Shown: piece after piece, positions 9,914 to 24,652 of the stretch
Numbering within the stretch: position 1 is the first letter of the stretch
Layout of the letters: each line of letters opens with the position of its first letter
Source of the DNA: Schmidtea polychroa
Taxonomy: Eukaryota
Length of the DNA: 64,000 nucleotides
NCBI GenBank assembly: GCA_044892525.1
Contig: CM097885.1
Location: forward strand, 37,574,001-37,638,000
Direction: 5' to 3'
The notes under the pieces: generated by a model
Database searches by the model: none
Seen by the model: the letters and a program-made list of their open reading frames with translations, nothing else
Told to the model about the DNA's origin: nothing
Position numbers and translations under genes: made by a program

Positions 9914-12479
9914 ACGTATATGGTTGTGTTATAATTCTTGTATATTCTTACATCAGTTTTTAGTTTTGTTTTAACTTGTGCAGTTCAATAAAATTTGTGT
10001 TTAATTTTAAATAAAATTTATTTTTTGCTGAATTAAAATGGTACCAAAAAAACCAAAACTACAAGATATTCGTAGCTTTGTACTCTCTTGGACTGCTGAT
10101 TACGGTTTTGTTAAACATGGAGATAAAAGTCGGTGCGGTCTGTGCTCTGAAATTATTGTATGTCGAACGTCTTCTATTAAGCGACATTTTGAAACCAACC
10201 ATAAAGAAATTGCCGAAAAAAATATTGAAGAAAGAAAAAAACTAATTTCTCAACGATTAAAGATAGCTGAAAATCAATCGAATTCATTATCAAAATTTGT
10301 AAAAACCAACAGCAATGTTACAGTAGCTAGTTTTGAAATTTCTTATTTGATTGCTAAGCAATCAAAACCATTTTCTGATGGAGAGTTTGTAAAAACGGTT
10401 ATGTTAAAAGCGGCCGAAAGTTTGTTTCAAGATTTTAATAATAAAGAAAAGATTATTCAAAGAATTCGAGAAGTCCAGCTAAGCCGAAATTCAGTTAAAG
10501 ATAGAATTTTAAAAATAAGTGCGAATATTTCTGATCAACTTTACAACGATGTTAATAGCTGTGACTACATTTCAATTTGCCTCGATGAATCAACAGATAT
10601 TAAGTCATCTGCCCGATTAGCAATCATTGCACGTTATCCGAAAGATAATGAAATGCACGAAGAACTTTTAAAATTAGCAAATATCCCAGAAAGAACAAGA
10701 GGTAGTGATATTTGTGAAGTTGTATTCAATGAATTAAACAAACTTAAAATAAATATTAAAAAAATCATTTCTGTAACGACAGATGGAGCTCCTAATATGA
10801 CTGGACCAGAGATAGGTTTTGTTAATTTATTTCAAAACCTAGTTGGTCATCCAATAATAGGCTTTCATTGCATTATTCATCAGCAAGTTCTTTGTGCAAA
10901 ATTCGGAACTAGCGATTTCAAAGAAATATCAGAACAAGTTAATAAAATCATAAATTTTGTAGTTGCACGCGACATGCATAAAAGACAATTTAAAAAACTT
11001 TTAAATGATATGGATTGCGAATACGATACTCTCTTAATGTGCAATAGTGTACGTTGGCTAAGTCGAGCGACATCCTTAGAACGATTTGTGAATTGCTTGG
11101 AAGAAATTCGACTTTTTTTACACGAATTCGACAGGGATCGTTTTAAAGAATTATATGATACAGAATGGTTAACAAAATTAATGTTTTTTACCGACGTAAC
11201 ATAACATTTAAACGTTCTTAATAAAAAATTGCAAGGACGAGGAAAAACAATTGAAGTTATGTTTGGATTGATAAAGGGGTTTGAAATTAAATTAGATATT
11301 TTTGCTAGAGATATCGCATCTGGAAAACATAATAATTTTCCGAAACTTAAAAGTTTTTTAAATGAATCTACAATTTTCAAAAAAACTAATTGGAATTTTA
11401 ATTACGAATTTTCTAAAGTTCTTGAAACTATAAAAGAACAATTTTCAAATCGATTTAAAGATTTTAAAAGAATTGATAGGCTGTTGAAAATTGTAAATTA
11501 TCCGGACTTATTCGATATACAGGATTTCGATAACAACCTTATTAATTGGATGAAATTAGAAAATTTAGAAATGCAGACAGTAGATTTGCAATCTAATCCT
11601 ATTTGGACACAAAAATTTGTGAATATGCGAAAAATATAGAAGAATTGGAATATCATCGATTGTCACAGGATGGAGAGTCGGAATGCCGCATTGAAAACTT
11701 GATATTGGAAGTGTGGAATAGTATGCCAGTAGGTAGATAGTAGCCCACGGGAACAATTACCCCCCCCCCCCCCCGGGGGGGGGGGGGGAGGGGTTTGTTC
11801 CCAAATTTTTATTACGCAATTGTTCCCAACTCATTTTTTTGCTTTCAGGGATTTTTGGTCCAAATTTTTTTTTATCACACTATAGTGAGGGGGTCTCGAT
11901 GGTCCTGGGATTTTCAATACAAAAAATTTTTTTCAATACAAAAATCCGACTATCAATAAAAAAGCATAGATGGTCCTAAAAAATTAAATTACAGTAAATT
12001 ATGGTCCTAAAAATTGAATTACAGTAAATTATGGTTCAAATCTTTCAATTAAAGTAAATAATGGTCCAAATTTTTAAATTAAAGTAAATTAAGGTTCTAC
12101 AAATTAAATTAAAGTTAATTAAGGTCCAAATTTTTAAATTAAGTAATCAATGGTAAAAAATTTTAAATAAGTAAATTAAAGTAATAATTTTTAAATAAGT
12201 AAATTAAAGTAAATTAAAGTAAGATTTTAAAATTTATTAACAAAAAGTTGAAATAATAGAAGGTGTTTGAGAATTGAAATTTTTAATGAAAATTTTTATG
12301 AAATATTTTTTAAGTTAATTTTTAATAGAAATTTTAATGAATTATTTTTCAATGGTAATTTTTAATGGAAATTTTTATGAAATATTTTTCAATGATAATT
12401 TTAGATGGAAATTTTTAAGATAATTTTTAATGAAAATTTTTATGAAATATTTTTCAAAGACAAATTTTAATAATAATTC

Positions 12480-13730
12480 AACAACAAAACCAATAACTTA
12501 GTACCAACAACCAGTAACTTACGAACATGTATTACCAACCAGATACCTACAACTAGTTACTAACAACCTGATACCAACTACTTACAACCTACAACCACCT
12601 ACCAAGTACTAACAACCAACAACAACCAGCTAACAACTAACTACCACCTAACAAGTACTAACAACCAACAACAACCAGGTACTAAGCATTAATTACCAAC
12701 TACTAAGTACCTACAACCAACTACTAAGTACCTACAACCAACATCAACCAGATACCTACAACTAGATACTAACAACCAGTTACCTGATACCAAGTACTAA
12801 CAACCAAAAACAATCAACCAACTAGCTACCACCTACCAAGCACTCAACCGTCAACAACCAGTTACTAAGCATTATTAACCAACTACTAAGTACCTACAAC
12901 CAAAAACAACCAGCTATCAACTAGATACCAAGTACTTACAACCAACATCAACCAGGTACTAAGCATTAATTACTAACTACTAAGTACCTACAACCTACAA
13001 CTAGATACTAACAACCAGTTACCTGCTACCAAGTACTTACAACTAGTTACTAACAACCAACCAACTAGGTACTAGATACCAAGTACTAACAACCAACAAC
13101 AACCAGGTACTAAGCATTATCAACCAACTAAATACTAAGTACTAACAACCAACCAACTAGGTACTAGATACCAAGTACATACAACCAACATCAACCAGGT
13201 ACTAAGCATTAATTACCAACTACAACCTACAACTAGATACTAACAACTAGATACCAAGTACCTACAACCACCTACCCATTAACTAGCTACCAAGTACTAA
13301 CAACTAGGTCTCAAACAACTAAATACTAACAACCAGTTACCAACTACTAAGCATTAATTACCTACAACTAGTTACTAACAACTAGATACCAAGTACTTAC
13401 AACCAACATCAACCAGGTACTAAGCATTAATTACCAACTACTAAGTACCTACAACCTACAACTAGATACTAACAACCAGTTACCTGCTACCAAGTACTTA
13501 CAACTAGTTACTAACAACCAACCAACTAGGTACTAGATACCAAGTACTTACAACCAACATCAACCAGGTACTAAGCATCATCAACTAACTACTAAGTACC
13601 TACAACCTACAACTAGATACTAACAACCAGTTACCTGATACCAAATACTTACAACTAGATACCAAGTACTATCAACCAAAAACAACCAACCAACTAGGTA
13701 CTAGATACCAAACACTTACAACCAGATGAC
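12480..13730 (+). repeat. Strand-asymmetric C/A-rich mosaic repeat (ACAACC, TACCAAGTACT, ACTAGATAC, AGGTACTAAGCATT words); inverted copy at about 21350-22600
   Basis: Seen directly in both arms. Confidence 0.85.
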
Positions 13731-14039
13731 CACATGAAATTATTGGTTAAATATGAAAATAAGGATTATATTTAGTTGTTAAGTAAATTATGGTGTAAAA
13801 TTAAGAAATAAAGAATAATTAGGTAAATTAAGGATAAGTAAATTAAAGTTAAAAATTTTAAATTAAAGAAAACAATGGTTCAAAATTTAAAATTAAGTAT
13901 CCAATGGTTCAAATTTTAAATTAAAGCTAAATAAGTAAATTAAAGTAAGATTTTTAAATTTATTATCAAAAGATTGAATAACCACCAACTTTTTTGAGAA
14001 ATGTAATTTATAATGAAAATTTAAATGGAAATTTAAATG

Positions 14040-14131
<92 letters not shown>

Positions 14132-17100
14132 TACTAATAATTCAACAGTTACCAACAATCGGTTACTGATTATTTTTTAACTAGGTGCTACCAAGTACTT
14201 ACAACTAGATACCACGTACTAACTAACTCTCAAACAACCAGATACTTACAACTAACTACTAAATATTCTTTATTGTATTTTATGAAATGCTTTTTAAATT
14301 AATTTTTTATCTATCTTCAAAAATATATTTAATTACAATCATTAGAAAAACCTTTTCAAATTTAACAAAAATGTTGATTTTCATCAAAAAACCACAACTC
14401 ATCACCACGTGGAATTCAAAATAATTACAATGAAAGACTAATGAATTCTAATTTACAAAACATTCTTCTTTTAAATGATAACTTATTATTGCAAAGTAAA
14501 AATCGCATTCAATAAATACTTATTGTTGATCAGTTTTATTATATATACTCTGAGTTTATCCGACAGGATGTTTTGACCCCCTAAGGTTACTGGTCGTAAG
14601 GGTATTAGTCGTAAGGGTACTAGTCGTAGGGGTATTGGTAACTCTCAACCCCCCACCTACCCATTAAGTAGTTACTATCAATCAGCTAACAACTAGATAC
14701 CATGTACTAACAACCACCATCAAAACCCATCGAGAAATTAACAACACTGTACCAACTACCAAATACAAGAAACCAACAACTTAGTACCAACAATCAACTA
14801 ACAACACATAAAAATAATAGCAATTAAATAAAAAAAAATTATTCTTCATCGCATACATTATTTTCTTATCAAAATCTAAAAAGTCAACCAACTACTTACA
14901 ACCAACAACTATGTACTAACAAATTGATCTTTAAAAGCAAATACTCATCACTTGAAAAAATTAGATGAAAAATTAATTGAACTCAAGGCACTTTTAAGAT
15001 ATTTGAACTCAAGGCATCAATAACTTGGTAAAAATTGATTAAATTATTGTAAAAATTTAAATTATTCAAAATATACTAAATTAAAAAAATATAATTAATG
15101 GACAAGAAAGAACTTTAAATTCTAGTCATTGATCATTCAACTTAATATGAATCAACTAAGATAATAAATTAATAAGAATTTTGAAATAAGATCTAGTAGA
15201 TAATTGATTTAGATTGAATAAATTAATTTAAATAAAATAAAATTTAATTATTTTTTTAAAAGTAATACATGTACTCAAATTGATTGACTGATTTCTCAAT
15301 ATATTCAAAAAATCAGTATAAATTCATTACAATTATCAAAGTCAGCAATCTACAATAAAAATAATTATCATTAAATTCCAAAAGAGACTAGATACCTAAT
15401 GATAACATCTAACAAACCAGTAAATTCATTTAAATGACAATAATTGGTATATCCAAGTGAATTCTCCAATAAAATCATCTAAAAAGAATCATTTTCCCCT
15501 AAATATATCAATATTTAAAGATTGGTATTTTAATGATAAGTACTTGTTAAAGATCATATATTCACCTCAAACTAACAAGATTCCTTAAAATCCCCTTAAA
15601 TGACTACATTTCTATCCTTAATTCATATTATTACAAATATCATCTAAAAAGCATCAAATTTCATTGAAATAACACTATCTTTAAAGATTGATATTTTAAA
15701 GATAAGTACTCATAAAAGACTATATATTCACCTCAAACTAACAAGATTCCTTAAAATCTCTTAAATGACTATATTTCTACCCTTAATCCATATTATTACA
15801 AATATTTCACTAAAATCATCTAAAAAGCATCAAATTTCCCTGAAATAACTATCTTTAAAGATTAGTATTTTATCGATAAATATCCTTAAAAGGTTATATA
15901 TTTACCTCAGACTAATAAGATTGCTTAAAATCCCCTTTAAATGACTTTAATTCCTATTATCACGAATATTATAAAACATGTAAAATAATTTGGTCATTAA
16001 CCCTAAATAATTGATAAAATCTAATGATAAAACCGGTTATAATTAACTTTTTGTTAATCACTGTACTCGAAATTTAAAATAAATATAACTGACTAGGTCC
16101 CATTAAAAGATTAAATTTATCCATTCAATAAAATATATTTCTTCAAATGGTCAACTTTTGTCGTTGTCCACCTAAATAAAGATAAAAATAATTTAAAGTT
16201 GATATCAATCCCATTTATCTGTAAAGTTTTCATCGTCAAAACCAAGTAAATCGACATTGTTCTAAAACATAAATCTAAATTAATATACAATGAATTAATC
16301 ACAATCTAATAAAACGATATAATTATTATTGATACATAACTGACTAATTGACATTTCCCTTAAAACAATGATATTTTACCAACATCACCATTAAAAAGAT
16401 CATATATTCCCATCTTAACCCATGTCTCATTAAATTTAACCGACTATATTCCAATCTTAACCCATCCTTCATTAAATTCAATCGACTATATCTCCCTTAC
16501 AATGATATATTCCCACCTTATCTGATCTCTCATTAAATCTAACCGACTATATCCCCTCAAAAGATCATATATTCCCATCTTAACCCATCCCTCATTAAAT
16601 TTAACCAACAATATCCCATCTTAACCGATCTCTCACCAAATATTTCTACCCCCTTTAAACATCTAACCGAATATATCCTTCAATTCTACCCACTTGAATC
16701 CTCCTTTAATTCAATTCAGTCTTAAAATCCTTAGAGAACTTCAAAAATATAAAATAGTAATAAAATAGTTTAAATTACATATCCTTCTCACTTATATTCC
16801 ACCGATTCTCATCATCCCACTATTTAATCTCCTATATTCCCCCGATTCTCCATTAATTATTCACTTATATCCCCTCGAATTTCCATTAATTATTCGCCTA
16901 TAACCCCCACCCCGATTTTCTACTTATATTCTGCCGATTTTGATTAATTATTCACTTAAAACATCCCCACAAATATTTGTTTTAAAAGTTTTTTTTTTAT
17001 TAAAGTGTTAATTTTTAGAAAATAGTTGCAATACATCCATTCTTATCAACCTTCATCTTATCTATACTACTTCTCATTATCTACCTCCATTAATGAATTA

Positions 17101-20100
17101 TTCTACCAATTATTTTCACCCATTTGAATCGAGTAATGAATAATTTCCTCACTTTAATGAAGATTCTTACCACCTTCATTGTTAATTTTATCAAAGTTTA
17201 AAGAATAATTGTCTTTTCATTGCTTACCACTTTAGAATTTTTATTGAAATTATGATAATTTGACTAATTCAATGAAGAATGAGTTAATTAATATATACTC
17301 TGAGTTTATCCGACAAAATATTCTGTCCCCCTATGGGTATTGCTCACAAGGGTACTACTCACATTCAACATGTCGCAAGGGTATTAGTCGTAAAGGTATT
17401 TAATGCTTTTATTTGAATGATTATTTAGGCAAATTTGTATAAGGCATTCATTGATAATTTTTAGAGTTGATGGTTTTATTCAAGTAAATTTCTATCATTT
17501 TTATGAATTTCTATTATTCTTGTGAATTTCCATAATTTTTTGTGAATATCAGTAATTTTTGTGGATATCTATCATTTTAATGAATTTTTATCATTTTTGT
17601 AAATTTCTATTATTTTTGTGGATTTCTAACATTTTTGCAAATTTGATGTTTATTGAATGAATATTTAATAATTTAATGCTAATTCTAAGATAAATTTAAT
17701 TAATTTCTTGATAATTGGATGTATTTTTATTGACTTGTTTTTTTTAATTTTAAATAAAAATTATTTTCAATGAGGTTAATAATTAGAGATTTTACAATAA
17801 TGAAGTGATATGATAAATTTTTATGAAGATATTGAATAATTTTCTAAGAATTTCATGTTGACTGATAAATTTAATTGATAAATTTAATTAATTTCTTGAT
17901 AATTAGTTGTATTTTATTGAATAGTTTTTAAATAAAAATTAATTTCATTGACAATTAGGTTAATAATTAAGTGATTTTTGATGATAACTTTGTAATGTAT
18001 TTGACTAAATAATTTTTCAATAATTTTCTAAGAATATTTACACATTGATGCACTTTAAAAAACATAAGCTAAGAAACCAACTTTATCAATGACTTTAAAT
18101 TTACTTGATAATTATTGTAGGATATAAAGAAATTTAGTTTGCTGTTATTGCTTGAAAATGATTGGCTGAATCGATGAAGAATTATGATCAATTAATATAT
18201 ATCATCTCCAGTATTTGATGGTAAATATTTGTAGAAAATATTGATTTTTGATCTTTTAGTGAACTCTTACTACATAGCTTCTAAATTATTTCAATGGAAG
18301 AATGTCTGGTGTCTATAACAGTTAAGTCATATTTTTGAAGTTCTCTAAGGATTTTAAGACTGAATTGAATTAAAGGAGGATTCAAGTGGGTAGAATTGAA
18401 GGATATATTCGGTTAGATGTTTAAAGGGGGTAGAAATATTTGGTGAGAGATCGGTTAAGATGGGATATTGTTGGTTAAATTTAATGAGGGATGGGTTAAG
18501 ATGGGAATATATGATCTTTTGAGGGGATATAGTCGGTTAGATTTAATGAGAGATCAGATAAGGTGGGAATATATCATTGTAAGGGAGATATAGTCGATTG
18601 AATTTAATGAAGGATGGGTTAAGATTGGAATATAGTCGGTTAAATTTAATGAGACATGGGTTAAGATGGGAATATATGATCTTTTTAATGGTGATGTTGG
18701 TAAAATATCATTGTTTTAAGGGAAATGTCAATTAGTCAGTTATGTATCAATAATAATTATATCGTTTTATTAGATTGTGATTAATTCATTGTATATTAAT
18801 TTAGATTTATGTTTTAGAACAATGTCGATTTACTTGGTTTTGACGATGAAAACTTTACAGATAAATGGGATTGATATCAACTTTAAATTATTTTTATCTT
18901 TATTTAGGTGGACAACGACAAAAGTTGACCATTTGAAGAAATATATTTTATTGAATGGATAAATTTAATCTTTTAATGGGACCTAGTCAGTTATATTTAT
19001 TTTAAATTTCGAGTACAGTGATTAACAAAAAGTTAATTATAACCGGTTTTATCATTAGATTTTATCAATTATTTAGGGTTAATGACCAAATTATTTTACA
19101 TGTTTTATAATATTCGTGATAATAGGAATTAAAGTCATTTAAAGGGGATTTTAAGCAATCTTATTAGTCTGAGGTAAATATATAACCTTTTAAGGATATT
19201 TATCGATAAAATACTAATCTTTAAAGATAGTTATTTCAGGGAAATTTGATGCTTTTTAGATGATTTTAGTGAAATATTTGTAATAATATGGATTAAGGGT
19301 AGAAATATAGTCATTTAAGAGATTTTAAGGAATCTTGTTAGTTTGAGGTGAATATATAGTCTTTTATGAGTACTTATCTTTAAAATATCAATCTTTAAAG
19401 ATAGTGTTATTTCAATGAAATTTGATGCTTTTTAGATGATATTTGTAATAATATGAATTAAGGATAGAAATGTAGTCATTTAAGGGGATTTTAAGGAATC
19501 TTGTTAGTTTGAGGTGAATATATGATCTTTAACAAGTACTTATCATTAAAATACCAATCTTTAAATATTGATATATTTAGGGGAAAATGATTCTTTTTAG
19601 ATGATTTTATTGGAGAATTCACTTGGATATACCAATTATTGTCATTTAAATGAATTTACTGGTTTGTTAGATGTTATCATTAGGTATCTAGTCTCTTTTG
19701 GAATTTAATGATAATTATTTTTATTGTAGATTGCTGACTTTGATAATTGTAATGAATTTATACTGATTTTTTGAATATATTGAGAAATCAGTCAATCAAT
19801 TTGAGTACATGTATTACTTTTAAAAAAATAATTAAATTTTATTTTATTTAAATTAATTTATTCAATCTAAATCAATTATCTACTAGATCTTATTTCAAAA
19901 TTCTTATTAATTTATTATCTTAGTTGATTCATATTAACTTGAATGATCAATGACTAGAATTTAAAGTTCTTTCTTGTCCATTAATTATATTTTTTTAATT
20001 TAGTATATTTTGAATAATTTAAATTTTTACAATAATTTAATCAATTTTTACCAAGTTATTGATGCCTTGAGTTCAAATATCTTAAAAGTGCCTTGAGTTC

Positions 20101-20947
20101 AATTAATTTTTCATCTAATTTTTTCAAGTGATGAGTATTTGCTTTTAAAGATCAATTTGTTAGTACATAGTTGTTGGTTGTAAGTAGTTGGTTGACTTTT
20201 TAGATTTTGATAAGAAAATAATGTATGCGATGAAGAATAATTTTTTTTTATTTAATTGCTATTATTTTTATGTGTTGTTAGTTGATTGTTGGTACTAAGT
20301 TGTTGGTTTCTTGTATTTGGTAGTTGGTACAGTGTTGTTAATTTCTCGATGGGTTTTGATGGTGGTTGTTAGTACATGGTATCTAGTTGTTAGCTGATTG
20401 ATAGTAACTACTTAATGGGTAGGTGGGGGGTTGAGAGTTACCAATACCCCTACGACTAGTACCCTTACGACTAATACCCTTACGACCAGTAACCTTAGGG
20501 GGTCAAAACATCCTGTCGGATAAACTCAGAGTATATATAATAAAACTGATCAACAATAAGTATTTATTGAATGCGATTTTTACTTTGCAATAATAAGTTA
20601 TCATTTAAAAGAAGAATGTTTTGTAAATTAGAATTCATTAGTCTTTCATTGTAATTATTTTGAATTCCACGTGGTGATGAGTTGTGGTTTTTTGATGAAA
20701 ATCAACATTTTTGTTAAATTTGAAAAGGTTTTTCTAATGATTGTAATTAAATATATTTTTGAAGATAGATAAAAAATTAATTTAAAAAGCATTTCATAAA
20801 ATACAATAAAGAATATTTAGTAGTTAGTTGTAAGTATCTGGTTGTTTGAGAGTTAGTTAGTACGTGGTATCTAGTTGTAAGTACTTGGTAGCACCTAGTT
20901 AAAAAATAATCAGTAACCGATTGTTGGTAACTGTTGAATTATTAGTA

Positions 20948-21043
<96 letters not shown>

Positions 21044-23113
21044 CATTTAAATTTCCATTTAAATTTTCATTATAAATTACATTTCTCAAAAAAGTTGGTG
21101 GTTATTCAATCTTTTGATAATAAATTTAAAAATCTTACTTTAATTTACTTATTTAGCTTTAATTTAAAATTTGAACCATTGGATACTTAATTTTAAATTT
21201 TGAACCATTGTTTTCTTTAATTTAAAATTTTTAACTTTAATTTACTTATCCTTAATTTACCTAATTATTCTTTATTTCTTAATTTTACACCATAATTTAC
21301 TTAACAACTAAATATAATCCTTATTTTCATATTTAACCAATAATTTCATGTGGTCATCTGGTTGTAAGTGTTTGGTATCTAGTACCTAGTTGGTTGGTTG
21401 TTTTTGGTTGATAGTACTTGGTATCTAGTTGTAAGTATTTGGTATCAGGTAACTGGTTGTTAGTATCTAGTTGTAGGTTGTAGGTACTTAGTAGTTAGTT
21501 GATGATGCTTAGTACCTGGTTGATGTTGGTTGTAAGTACTTGGTATCTAGTACCTAGTTGGTTGGTTGTTAGTAACTAGTTGTAAGTACTTGGTAGCAGG
21601 TAACTGGTTGTTAGTATCTAGTTGTAGGTTGTAGGTACTTAGTAGTTGGTAATTAATGCTTAGTACCTGGTTGATGTTGGTTGTAAGTACTTGGTATCTA
21701 GTTGTTAGTAACTAGTTGTAGGTAATTAATGCTTAGTAGTTGGTAACTGGTTGTTAGTATTTAGTTGTTTGAGACCTAGTTGTTAGTACTTGGTAGCTAG
21801 TTAATGGGTAGGTGGTTGTAGGTACTTGGTATCTAGTTGTTAGTATCTAGTTGTAGGTTGTAGTTGGTAATTAATGCTTAGTACCTGGTTGATGTTGGTT
21901 GTATGTACTTGGTATCTAGTACCTAGTTGGTTGGTTGTTAGTACTTAGTATTTAGTTGGTTGATAATGCTTAGTACCTGGTTGTTGTTGGTTGTTAGTAC
22001 TTGGTATCTAGTACCTAGTTGGTTGGTTGTTAGTAACTAGTTGTAAGTACTTGGTAGCAGGTAACTGGTTGTTAGTATCTAGTTGTAGGTTGTAGGTACT
22101 TAGTAGTTAGTAATTAATGCTTAGTACCTGGTTGATGTTGGTTGTAAGTACTTGGTATCTAGTTGATAGCTGGTTGTTTTTGGTTGTAGGTACTTAGTAG
22201 TTGGTTAATAATGCTTAGTAACTGGTTGTTGACGGTTGAGTGCTTGGTAGGTGGTAGCTAGTTGGTTGATTGTTTTTGGTTGTTAGTACTTGGTATCAGG
22301 TAACTGGTTGTTAGTATCTAGTTGTAGGTATCTGGTTGATGTTGGTTGTAGGTACTTAGTAGTTGGTTGTAGGTACTTAGTAGTTGGTAATTAATGCTTA
22401 GTACCTGGTTGTTGTTGGTTGTTAGTACTTGTTAGGTGGTAGTTAGTTGTTAGCTGGTTGTTGTTGGTTGTTAGTACTTGGTAGGTGGTTGTAGGTTGTA
22501 AGTAGTTGGTATCAGGTTGTTAGTAACTAGTTGTAGGTATCTGGTTGGTAATACATGTTCGTAAGTTACTGGTTGTTGGTACTAAGTTATTGGTTTTGTT
22601 GTTGAATTATTATTAAAATTTGTCTTTGAAAAATATTTCATAAAAATTTTCATTAAAAATTATCTTAAAAATTTCCATCTAAAATTATCATTGAAAAATA
22701 TTTCATAAAAATTTCCATTAAAAATTACCATTGAAAAATAATTCATTAAAATTTCTATTAAAAATTAACTTAAAAAATATTTCATAAAAATTTTCATTAA
22801 AAATTTCAATTCTCAAACACCTTCTATTATTTCAACTTTTTGTTAATAAATTTTAAAATCTTACTTTAATTTACTTTAATTTACTTATTTAAAAATTATT
22901 ACTTTAATTTACTTATTTAAAATTTTTTACCATTGATTACTTAATTTAAAAATTTGGACCTTAATTAACTTTAATTTAATTTGTAGAACCTTAATTTACT
23001 TTAATTTAAAAATTTGGACCATTATTTACTTTAATTGAAAGATTTGAACCATAATTTACTGTAATTCAATTTTTAGTACCATAATTTACTGTAATTTAAT
23101 TTTTTAGGACCAT

Positions 23114-23930
23114 TATTTACTTTAATTTAATTTTTAAGAACCATTAATTACTGTAATTCAAAAATTTGAGCCATAATTTACTGTAATTTAATTTTTAGAA
23201 CCATAATTTACTTTAATTCAATTTTTAGAACCATAATTTACTGTAATTTAATTTTTTAGAACCATAATTTACCTTAATTAAATTTTTAGGACCATTATTT
23301 ACTTTAATTTAATTTTTTAGGACCATTATTTACTTTAATTGAAAAATTTGAACCATAATTTACTTTAATTTTTAGAACCATTATTTACTGTAATTTAATT
23401 TTTAGAACCATTATTTACTTTAATTGAAAAATTTACCACGTTTTTTTTTAGTGTAGACCACCTATTTCTCAGGACCAAGGAGACTCACCTCACTATAGTC
23501 TGAAAAATCCTTGGCTTTTTTAGTGTAGACCACCTATTTGTATTGAAAATATCCTGAGACCTTAAATTACCATGCTTTTTTAGTGTAGACCACCTATTTC
23601 TCAGGACCAAGGAGACTCACCTCACTATAGCGTGATAAATCCTTGGCTTTTTTAGTGGTAGTCGGATTTTTGTATAGAAATTCCCAGGACCATCGAGACC
23701 CCTTCACTATAGCGTGAAAATTCCTTGGCTTTTTTAGTGGTAGTCGGATTTTTGTATTGAAAAAAATTTTTTGTATTGAAAATCCCAGGACCATCGAGAC
23801 CCCCTCACTATAGTGTGATAAATCCTTGACTTTTTTATTGATAGTCGGATTTTTGTATTGAAAAATTTAATTTGTATTGAAAATCCCAGGACCATCGAGA
23901 CCCCCTCACTATAGTCTGAAAATTCCTTGG
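23114..23930. repeat. Extra ~0.8 kb of tandem repeats present only in the right arm of the palindromic element
   Basis: Extra 29-bp units and GACCATCGAGACCCCCTCACTATAG units with no counterpart around 11950-11970. Confidence 0.75.
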
Positions 23931-24652
23931 CTTTTTTAGTGGTAGTCGGATTTTTGTATTGAAAAAAATTTTTTGTATTGAAAATCCCAGGACCATCGAG
24001 ACCCCCTCACTATAGTGTGATAAAAAAAAATTTGGACCAAAAATCCCTGAAAGCAAAAAAATGAGTTGGGAACAATTGCGTAATAAAAATTTGGGAACAA
24101 ACCCCTCCCCCCCCCCCCCGGGGGGGTAATTGTTCCCGTGGGCTACTATCTACCTACTTATGCCAGAAGCATTTGCTTCTGTAAAAAAATTAGCAATCGC
24201 AATGTTAACCATTTTCGCATCCACTTATTACTGTGAGAGTCTTTTTTCTGTACTTAATCATGTACTATCAAAGACAAGAAACAGATTAACAGAAGAAGAC
24301 TCAGCAGCTTGTATTACCTTACAATCGACAACATACCATCCTGATATTAAAAACCTTGCAAGTAATATGAAGCAAAAAACTTCTAACAAAATTAAGAATT
24401 TTTTATTAAATTTATTATTAAACTTTATAATTTTTTTTACTATTTCTTTATATTGAATAAATATTATCACATGAACTCAAATATTGAAATTTATTTCTGT
24501 TTTCTTGTGAATAAAAAAATGAATAAAAAAATGAATAAAAAATGTATATATAGGTACATATAACAAATAAAAGTTACGACGGCACGCGAAAAAAATTGAA
24601 TTTAAATTTAGTTTATTTTGGCACTTTGATAAAAACCTATTTGCCATCCCTG

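Larger units (their letters stand above)
11728..24158. mobile_element. Non-autonomous palindromic Polinton derivative (12.4 kb) with ~5 kb inverted arms
   Basis: Termini AGTAGGTAGATAGTAGCCCACGGGAACAA and its exact reverse complement; 6-bp TSD TATGCC at 11722-11727 and 24159-24164. Arms 11728-16750 and 18329-24158 are near-identical inverted copies; spacer 16751-18328; no credible long ORF. Confidence 0.92.
10038..24456 (+). pseudogene. hAT transposase pseudogene in pieces 10038-11727 and 24165-24456
   Basis: BED-like CxxC..H..H, LDESTD, TDGAPNM, HCIIHQ, VRWLS. In-frame TAA at 11202, a frameshift near 11632, then ...EVWNSMP joins EAFASVKKLA...STYYCESLFS (dimerisation domain) across the 11728-24158 insert. 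Confidence 0.92.
6762..24652 (+). mobile_element. hAT DNA transposon (Charlie/GTF2IRD2-like transposase) with two nested insertions
   Basis: TIRs CAGGGATGGCAA / TTGCCATCCCTG; 8-bp TSD GCTTAATT at 6754-6761 and 24653-24660. Confidence 0.95.

Noticed and set aside
11565..11756. ORFs starting MFPWATIYLL (also at 24130)
   Set aside because: The shared N-terminus is read out of the Polinton TIR; only the part after 24159 is real hAT coding sequence.
12480..13730. Possible CRISPR-like or telomeric array
   Set aside because: No constant repeat with unique spacers and no fixed telomeric unit; eukaryotic context.
14541..14640. Hammerhead or other self-cleaving ribozyme in the conserved module
   Set aside because: No CUGANGA/GAAA core with proper stems found by eye.
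17040..17260. Possible decayed gene (e.g. a second Bcl-2) in the palindrome spacer
   Set aside because: Too many stops and no convincing motif.
16117..18962. Identical 61-aa ORFs on opposite strands
   Set aside because: A by-product of the palindrome; non-ATG start and no recognisable motif.
23470..24015. Repeated CTCACTATAG resembling a T7 promoter or vector contamination
   Set aside because: Lacks TAATACGA, is embedded in native subterminal repeats, and has a diverged homologue near 5445.
24608..24652. pPolB C-terminus QGWQIGFYQSAKIN
   Set aside because: Read-through into the hAT TIR; the native end is at 6679-6761.
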